DNA of 31,258 nucleotides from a virus (lineage: Duplodnaviria; Caudoviricetes). The stretch is taken from positions 1 to 31,258 of IMG/VR virus record IMGVR_UViG_3300031452_000016; one strand, given 5' to 3'. Position 1 is the first letter of the stretch, and the number at the start of each line of letters is the position of its first letter. The notes beneath the pieces were generated by a model that saw only the letters and a list, made by a program, of their open reading frames with translations, ran no database searches and was not told the origin of the DNA. Position numbers and translations under genes: made by a program. Below, piece by piece: positions 25,656 to 31,258 of the stretch.

Positions 25656-26083
25656 GACGCGCGCCGCCGCTTCGCTTTCGCCTGTCGTGCTTGCCGGCTG
25701 GCTTCAACCATCGCAGCCCTACACAGCGGGCACGGCGTCTCGTGCTGGCTCCGGTGGCGCGTGTAGCCAGCAAAGGTGCCGCACGGCTGTAGCGGCCGAG
25801 GTGTGGGCCGTTCGGCGGCTACCCGAGGGGCACCTACCGGCGCCGGCTTGTCCCCGTCCCTGAACAGCCACCCGCCCCAAATCCCTAGCGGACGCTGGTG
25901 AATGCCAGGTCCGGGGTTGGCGTGCCACTGCTGGGCGTAGGTGAGGCACTCGGCTTGGACGGGGCAGCTGTGGCAGACCTGGGCGGCGGCCTGCTGGTCG
26001 TGGTGGTCCTCAGACAGCCACAGGTTCGCGGGCCGGCCGGCGCAGGCAGCCTGGTCCGCCCACGCACCGAGCGCGGCGGTCAT
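25652..26083 (-). CDS. whiB: WhiB-family transcriptional regulator with C-terminal zinc motif
   Basis: W..QAAC...VCHSCPVQAECL...GIWGG; WhiB is an actinobacterial marker. Confidence 0.9.
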   Translation of the reverse strand: MTAALGAWADQAACAGRPANLWLSEDHHDQQAAAQVCHSCPVQAECLTYAQQWHANPGPGIHQRPLGIWGGWLFRDGDKPAPVGAPRVAAERPTPRPLQPCGTFAGYTRHRSQHETPCPLCRAAMVEASRQARQAKAKRRRAS

Positions 26084-26340
26084 AGCCTGATGCTCGGATC
26101 CCACTCGACCCCGTATTGCCTCAGCTCCTGCTGGTCAACGCGTGCTTTGGTCTCAAGGGACGCCGGGGTGGCGATGTAGGAACACATCAGGCAGCCGTCC
26201 TGATCGTTCCGGTGGTCCTCCTTGATGGTGAACAACCGCGAGTTGTAGGTGGTGTGGTAGTAGCCGGCCGCGGCGATCCGGTCGTGCTCGGTCTGGTCCG
26301 GCTGGTTCAACCGGATCCACTCTGAACTCGAGTCGCTCAT
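26080..26340 (-). CDS. Hypothetical protein
   Basis: ATGA coupling at both ends. Confidence 0.6.
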   Translation of the reverse strand: MSDSSSEWIRLNQPDQTEHDRIAAAGYYHTTYNSRLFTIKEDHRNDQDGCLMCSYIATPASLETKARVDQQELRQYGVEWDPSIRL

Positions 26341-26654
26341 GGCGCGAGTTCCGCGCGGATCCGGTCGAGGTCCCGCGGCCGCCACACACCAACGTCAACC
26401 CCTGCCAGCCTCAAACCGTTTATCGTTATGTACTGGGCGTCGCTAACGCGACCCTTGTCTGTCTTCAGCTCACGAAGCATGAAGTGGCCCGGCCTATAAA
26501 TCGCCAGATCCGGCCAACCGGCCTGTGAGCGTCGTGAGTCGTGGGTGTGGTAGTAGCACCAGCCCCGGAACAGGGCGAGGTCGGTGACGATCTGCTGGAA
26601 GTCCCGCTCGCTCATCGGCGGGAGGGTCGGGACTGCGGCGCCCCAGCTTCTCAC
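26337..26654 (-). CDS. VRR-NUC domain nuclease (PD-(D/E)xK)
   Basis: MSERDFQ...GWPDL...ELKTDKGRVSDAQ...VWRP. Confidence 0.88.
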   Translation of the reverse strand: MRSWGAAVPTLPPMSERDFQQIVTDLALFRGWCYYHTHDSRRSQAGWPDLAIYRPGHFMLRELKTDKGRVSDAQYITINGLRLAGVDVGVWRPRDLDRIRAELAP

Positions 26655-26974
26655 GCGGCGCCCCTACGGATGAGCCAACTCTCGGCGTACGACTGAGCAG
26701 GACTCGCGTGAATCTCGCCATGGCACTTGCGGCAAAGGCAGAAGTAGGCACCCGCTGTGTCGGTGATCGCGCCACCCTGTGACCTCATCAGCGGTTCGTG
26801 GACGTCGGTAGACCGTTCCTGCCCGCACCGCTCGCACCACGGGCGCTGCTCAAGCAGGCTGGCCACCAGCGCCCGACGCTGCACGTACGTCCGGGCTGTC
26901 TTCGCCGACCTGGGCCGGAGCCGTCCGGTGCGGCGCATCGGTGCGGTCCGCAACGGGAGGCCGCTGCGCTTCAC
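26651..26974 (-). CDS. Small HNH-like endonuclease
   Basis: CERC...DVHE..RSQGG...LCRKCH. Confidence 0.75.
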   Translation of the reverse strand: MKRSGLPLRTAPMRRTGRLRPRSAKTARTYVQRRALVASLLEQRPWCERCGQERSTDVHEPLMRSQGGAITDTAGAYFCLCRKCHGEIHASPAQSYAESWLIRRGAA

Positions 26975-27177
26975 GGTTCGACCTCATCGCAGATCGCCAA
27001 GAACTCATCCCTGAGACTGACCCTCAGTTTCAATAAAAAGGCCGAGGCTCCGTATTCATGCGTGTAGGTCGGTCGCCCCATCGCGTCATCACCGATGGCT
27101 TGTACGTCCGTCCAGCGACCCATAAGGATGCCGGTGTAGGCGCCGATGACGGCCGCTTCACGTCGGGTGAGGCTCAC
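26971..27177 (-). CDS. Small hypothetical protein
   Basis: Coupled at both ends; GRPTYTHE motif. Confidence 0.65.
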   Translation of the reverse strand: MSLTRREAAVIGAYTGILMGRWTDVQAIGDDAMGRPTYTHEYGASAFLLKLRVSLRDEFLAICDEVEP

Positions 27178-27548
27178 GGCGCTACCTCCGTCGCGAGGTG
27201 CGCGCCCCTGCCCTCACACGCGGGGCAGATGACAGCGGTCCAGACCACGACGTCGGTGTCGTCCACGTCGTAGGAGCGCACGGCGCCGGCGCCTGCGCAG
27301 ACCGGGCACGGCACGACCGTCGCGGTCATGACGGGCACCGGAGTCAGGAGGCGCACGGGCCATCGGCAGCCCTCGCGATGACACAGCGGGCAGCGCATTT
27401 CGCCTGCCGCTGCGATCATGACGTGCCGGCGGCACACTTTCCCGGACATCTTGTGCTCGTGCACGCACATTGCTTCGGCGTCAATGACGCCTTCAGCACC
27501 ACAGTCCTCGCCCGCCTCGATGCATCTGCACGGCACGATCGCGGTCAC
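27174..27548 (-). CDS. Cys-rich zinc-finger protein
   Basis: MCVHEH, CPLC, CPVCAGAG and CPACEGRG. Confidence 0.6.
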   Translation of the reverse strand: MTAIVPCRCIEAGEDCGAEGVIDAEAMCVHEHKMSGKVCRRHVMIAAAGEMRCPLCHREGCRWPVRLLTPVPVMTATVVPCPVCAGAGAVRSYDVDDTDVVVWTAVICPACEGRGAHLATEVAP

Positions 27549-28084
27549 TCGGTGCCGTCCTCAATCGCGGCGAGGTCAGCGAACCGCAGCCGGCCGTCCG
27601 CCCACGCCGCCCGGACCTCGGCGTCGGCGTTGTCGGCGGGCTTCACCATCAGACCGGGCTGTCCGCCGGTCGGGGGGGTGACGGTGATTCCGTCCACCGC
27701 GACGATCTCGCCAGTGATCGTGTCGTGCCAGCCGCCGTCGCGCTTACAGGCGTCGAGCAGTTTGCGCTGAAACGCTGGCCGGACGATCCACACGACTTCG
27801 GCTTCGCTCGGAGCATGGTCTCTACACCAATGGACGAGCGCGTTGAGGTCGGTCACGGCGGCGGTTGTGCTGCCCGCTGACGGTTTCGTGGCGGTGACCG
27901 CGCCGATGGTGACGGGCTCCCCGTCCGGGCCGGTCACCGCGGCTGTGGCGCGGTCCCCGACGAGCAGCGCGTCGAGTAGGGCGGCGCGGGTCGCAGTGTC
28001 GGCGGCGGCCACGGCGTCCTTCAAGACGCGGAGCGCGACGAGCCGGGTCGCGAGGGCCCGGGTGTCCACCACAGGGGCGGTCAT
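27545..28084 (-). CDS. Hypothetical protein of the recombination module
   Basis: 179 aa; coupled at both ends; TGEIVAVDGI motif. Confidence 0.7.
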   Translation of the reverse strand: MTAPVVDTRALATRLVALRVLKDAVAAADTATRAALLDALLVGDRATAAVTGPDGEPVTIGAVTATKPSAGSTTAAVTDLNALVHWCRDHAPSEAEVVWIVRPAFQRKLLDACKRDGGWHDTITGEIVAVDGITVTPPTGGQPGLMVKPADNADAEVRAAWADGRLRFADLAAIEDGTE

Positions 28085-28296
28085 GCAGGCACCGCCGACA
28101 GCAGTCGAGCTGTGCAGTGGTGACCCTCTGCGAGACAGAGGCGACAGATTAGGCGTTCGATGACAGCGGCGTGCATGTGTCGCTCACACACTGTCTTGAC
28201 TCGTTCATGCTCGTGCACACACATGGACGTTGTTGTTGCGATAACAGGTGCGTCACACGGGACCCAACCAGCCGTGCAGTTCTCGTCGCCACTCAT
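28081..28296 (-). CDS. Cys-rich small protein, paralog of the N-terminus of 27174..27548
   Basis: MCVHEH...VCERH...CRLC. Confidence 0.6.
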   Translation of the reverse strand: MSGDENCTAGWVPCDAPVIATTTSMCVHEHERVKTVCERHMHAAVIERLICRLCLAEGHHCTARLLSAVPA

Positions 28297-29459
28297 GCGG
28301 GCACCGGCTCAGGCTCGGGATCGGCGAGATCGGGTTGCTTCAGGTCATCGGCGCGTTCCAGGCAGAGCGCCTCACCGTCGTTGCGCATCTCATCGGTTGC
28401 GTGCCTGGCCTCGTGCTCGCTCTTGAGCTCGCCGTGCAGGCCTCGCAACTGCGGGAGTGTCGGGCAGGATGCGACCCGGCCGGCCCAGCCTGCGTACCAG
28501 GTGTGCGCCTCGCCGCTCGTGTCCGGTGGTTGGGCGACCGGTTCGGCCCAGCGTGGGTCCGGTTCCGGTGGTGTCTGCGGCTTCGCGGCCCGCGGCGGCT
28601 TCTTGGCCTCCGGGTCGTCCGAGATCTCGTCGGCGCTCAACTCCCCACCCGTCAGCGGCGCAAGGTTACGGACCTCAGCCGAGCCGGCGTCCACCTTCAA
28701 CACGTCGAAGATCAGCCACTCCAGCAGGTTCTGGCTGTTGTGCGTGATCGGCTGGGGCTCGTCCTTGCCGGGCACGAGGCCGGCGTGGACCGACCGGGCG
28801 CCGATGACGACCGGGGGGCGTTCGCGGCTCATCCGCACCCACAGCGACGCGTTCCACGGCAGGGTCTTGTGGCCCTCGACGCGGTAGTCCTTCTTGCCCT
28901 CGACGGGGCGCCCATCGTCGCTCATCTGCGCGACTTCCTTGCCTCGCGCGGTGAGCACGACGATGCCCGGGAAGGTCAGCAGGACGTTGTTGACCTTGCT
29001 GTACCGGGCGAAGGCGTCGTTCCAGAGGTTCATCGTGATACTGACCTCGGCGGATGGGTCGGCGGCGAGCTTGCTCCGGTTCGCCTTACTGCCCTTGGCG
29101 CGTTCCGATGCCCAGTCCTTGAGCATGTCCCACAGCGCCGACATGCTGTCCACGACCAAGACGGTCGGTGGTTCGCCGGCCTTCTTGGCAGCGGCGGCGG
29201 CTTCCTTGACCGCGATGACCTGCCCCAGAACAGAGGCGTAGCTGCCGTCGTGGTCCAGGACGAGGTAGTTCGCGCCGGGGATCGCGGCGTACTCGTCGGC
29301 TGCGCCTTCGTTGAGGTCAAGCCAGTACGTCTGCCCGACCTTCTCCGATGCCGAGAGCAGGGCGCACGCCCAGGACTTTCCGCTCTTCTCGGCGCCTTCG
29401 AGCAGGACGACGGGGTAGGGCACGAGGCCGGTGGGCTTGCGTGTGTGGAGCGCGGTCAT
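28293..29459 (-). CDS. AAA-family ATPase (Sak4/AAA_24-like recombination protein)
   Basis: Walker A LEGAEKSGKS, Walker B VLVVDS; GGAGGAG ribosome-binding site. Confidence 0.85.
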   Translation of the reverse strand: MTALHTRKPTGLVPYPVVLLEGAEKSGKSWACALLSASEKVGQTYWLDLNEGAADEYAAIPGANYLVLDHDGSYASVLGQVIAVKEAAAAAKKAGEPPTVLVVDSMSALWDMLKDWASERAKGSKANRSKLAADPSAEVSITMNLWNDAFARYSKVNNVLLTFPGIVVLTARGKEVAQMSDDGRPVEGKKDYRVEGHKTLPWNASLWVRMSRERPPVVIGARSVHAGLVPGKDEPQPITHNSQNLLEWLIFDVLKVDAGSAEVRNLAPLTGGELSADEISDDPEAKKPPRAAKPQTPPEPDPRWAEPVAQPPDTSGEAHTWYAGWAGRVASCPTLPQLRGLHGELKSEHEARHATDEMRNDGEALCLERADDLKQPDLADPEPEPVPA

Positions 29460-29758
29460 CGCGTCTCCTCCGCAGTGCGTCCCATGGTGCGGAGTGCGTC
29501 ACCTGCGGCGCGTAGGCCGCTGCGGTAACCCCCATCCCATGTCTGGTCGAGCACGATCTGGAAGACACGCTCGGCGTCGTCTCGGATGTGTTCCAGCACC
29601 TCGTCCTCGATGACGCCGGCGTGCAACTCAAGCCGAGTCTGCTCAATCGCCCATCGCTTCTGCGACTCCGCGTACTGCTCCCTCAGATCAGCGAGAGTGT
29701 CCAGGATGTCGGCGTGCATCCGGGCCAGTTCGTTGCGATCCGGGAACTCGGCGCTCAT
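29456..29758 (-). CDS. Coiled-coil hypothetical protein
   Basis: ATGA coupling at both ends. Confidence 0.6.
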   Translation of the reverse strand: MSAEFPDRNELARMHADILDTLADLREQYAESQKRWAIEQTRLELHAGVIEDEVLEHIRDDAERVFQIVLDQTWDGGYRSGLRAAGDALRTMGRTAEETR

Positions 29759-30174
29759 GTCGCGTCCTGGGCGGCGCGCAGCAGGTCCGCCGCAGCACGG
29801 GCCTTGATCCGGTTGACCTGACGGCGGAGGGCCGGCAAGCCGTTGTTGCCCGAGAACAGCGCATGCGCTTCGGACTCGGTGAGCCCTAGGACCGCCAGGG
29901 CCCGGTCTCGCACGAAGGTCATCTTGACTCCGCGGCTGGTCGGCCCGAGCGTCTCTCCGTCGCGGGCGACCAGGTACTCGCTGTGCAGACCGTCCGATCC
30001 GGTGGCCCAGGTCCCGCCGTCCAACTCGCAAGCCCAGCCCGCGGAACAGAACGCGGTGCCGCAGCCATCGATGGACGGTTGCCGCCAGTCGCTCTGGTTC
30101 CAGTGGTCGGGGTCGGCCTCGATGACCGCAAGCACCCGGTCGAGCAGCTCGACGTTCGGCGTCGGCGCGGTCAT
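29755..30174 (-). CDS. Conserved-looking actinophage protein (WNQxxW...CGTAFCxAGW)
   Basis: ATG at 30174 with AGGAGG; motif recognised from memory only. Confidence 0.7.
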   Translation of the reverse strand: MTAPTPNVELLDRVLAVIEADPDHWNQSDWRQPSIDGCGTAFCSAGWACELDGGTWATGSDGLHSEYLVARDGETLGPTSRGVKMTFVRDRALAVLGLTESEAHALFSGNNGLPALRRQVNRIKARAAADLLRAAQDAT

Positions 30175-30608
30175 GACGCACCTCCTGCGGCGCGGAGCAG
30201 GTCGTCCAGGCTGTGCAGGTGGTCGAGGTGGTCGGTGAGGTCCCGCTGCGCCTGCCACAGGGTGGCGGCAGGGTCGTTCTCGCAGTGCCGGCAACGGGGG
30301 GTATTCGGCCCCAAACACATGCAGTCCCCGCCGCAGCACTCGTCGTGGCCTCTCGTGTCCCGGTGCCGTTCTAGGCGGGTCGAGGCGGTCGCGAGATCCT
30401 CCAGCAGCGCGGCGGTGACCTCGCGGTCGGCGAAGGCAGCGGCGATCAAGGCGACCACGACGTGCGGCGTCAAAGCGCCATGGTCGGAGTCGAAGAGGTC
30501 GTAAAGGCCGTCAACGATTTCCCACCGGGTGTCGATGCGGACGGCCATGTCGGTGAGGGTGTCCGCGACGATCTGCCGGGCGTCAACCGGCGCGGCCTGG
30601 GCGGTCAT
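30171..30608 (-). CDS. Hypothetical protein with Cys cluster
   Basis: Coupled at both ends (ATG 30608 or GTG 30611). Confidence 0.6.
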   Translation of the reverse strand: MTAQAAPVDARQIVADTLTDMAVRIDTRWEIVDGLYDLFDSDHGALTPHVVVALIAAAFADREVTAALLEDLATASTRLERHRDTRGHDECCGGDCMCLGPNTPRCRHCENDPAATLWQAQRDLTDHLDHLHSLDDLLRAAGGAS

Positions 30609-30868
30609 CACGCGCCGTTCCGTCGTGCGTGCTCCTGCAGGCTCGCCGCGATCCACGCGCCGTCCTGCGCGGTCGGGACGGACCGGAGCGTGCGGCCCGC
30701 CGGGTGCCGCTTCCGTGCCGCGAGCTCGTCCAGGGCGTCGTCGCAGGCGATCTCAGCCCGCAGTATCCACTTCTGCAGGTCCAGGCTGCCGCCCCGCCGG
30801 CAACCCTCGTAGGTGGCGCCGATCCCGAACCCGAGCAGGAGCGCGAGGACCAGCCACACGGCGGTCAC
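30608..30868 (-). CDS. Small membrane-anchored protein
   Basis: N-terminal hydrophobic helix VWLVLALLLGFGIGA. Confidence 0.6.
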   Translation of the reverse strand: MTAVWLVLALLLGFGIGATYEGCRRGGSLDLQKWILRAEIACDDALDELAARKRHPAGRTLRSVPTAQDGAWIAASLQEHARRNGA

Positions 30869-31059
30869 GAGGGGTCACCGTTGAAGACGCGCAGCACCGT
30901 GACTGTGGCCGAGGTCGGCACCGAGCGGATGCCGCCACTGCCGTCGCTCTCGACCTTGACGCAAAGGACGGGCGAGATGTCGCTGACCGTCCCTCGGTAG
31001 GTGACTTCCACCAGGTCGCCGGGCTTTGGCCGGTCGCCGCTGGGTTCTATGCTGGTCAT
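30865..31059 (-). CDS. Small hypothetical protein (KOW/SH3-like)
   Basis: GAAAGG ribosome-binding site; KPGDLVEV. Confidence 0.55.
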   Translation of the reverse strand: MTSIEPSGDRPKPGDLVEVTYRGTVSDISPVLCVKVESDGSGGIRSVPTSATVTVLRVFNGDPS

Positions 31060-31131
31060 GTCTGCCTTTCCGTGGAAGCGGATGGGGTTGGGCTGGGGGT
31101 GTCCGCGGGAATGGCGGGCGCCCCCCCTACG

Positions 31132-31258
31132 GCGCGGTGAGCACGACGATGCCCGGGAAGGTCAGCAGGACGTTGTTGACCTTGCTGTACCGGGCGAAGG
31201 CGTCGTTCCAGAGGTTCATCGTGATACTGACCTCGGCGGATGGGTCGGCGGCGAGCTT
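31132..31258 (+). repeat. Exact 127-bp copy of 28946..29072 (internal to the AAA ATPase gene)
   Basis: Direct base-by-base comparison. Confidence 0.95.

Noticed and set aside
28946-31258. Diversity-generating retroelement template/variable repeat pair or terminal repeat
   Set aside because: The copies are identical with no adenine-specific differences, there is no reverse transcriptase, and one copy is internal to a gene.

Overview
This window is a fragment of a GC-rich actinobacterial siphovirus genome (phage or prophage). Essentially all real genes lie on the minus strand and are chained by ATGA/GTGA/TGATG overlaps. Read in the direction of transcription (right to left), it starts with an early/replication region: small Zn-finger proteins, an AAA ATPase, HNH and VRR-NUC nucleases, WhiB, a Dam-type methyltransferase, a split replication-initiator-like locus with iteron-like repeats, a SLOG protein and an RtcB RNA ligase. 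Next come terminase, a portal-MuF fusion, protease/scaffold, decoration and capsid genes, head-tail joining genes, tail tube, frameshifted chaperones, tape measure and minor tail genes, then the probable start of a lysis cassette. The standout feature is a 591-nt insertion in the methyltransferase gene, just before the NPPY motif. It stays stop-free in the methyltransferase frame and encodes a complete HNH endonuclease in another frame. Both window ends carry exactly 127-nt repeats, which suggests assembly k-mer boundaries. No integrase, repressor, tRNA or CRISPR array was seen. All product calls come from motif recognition and gene order, not from database searches.
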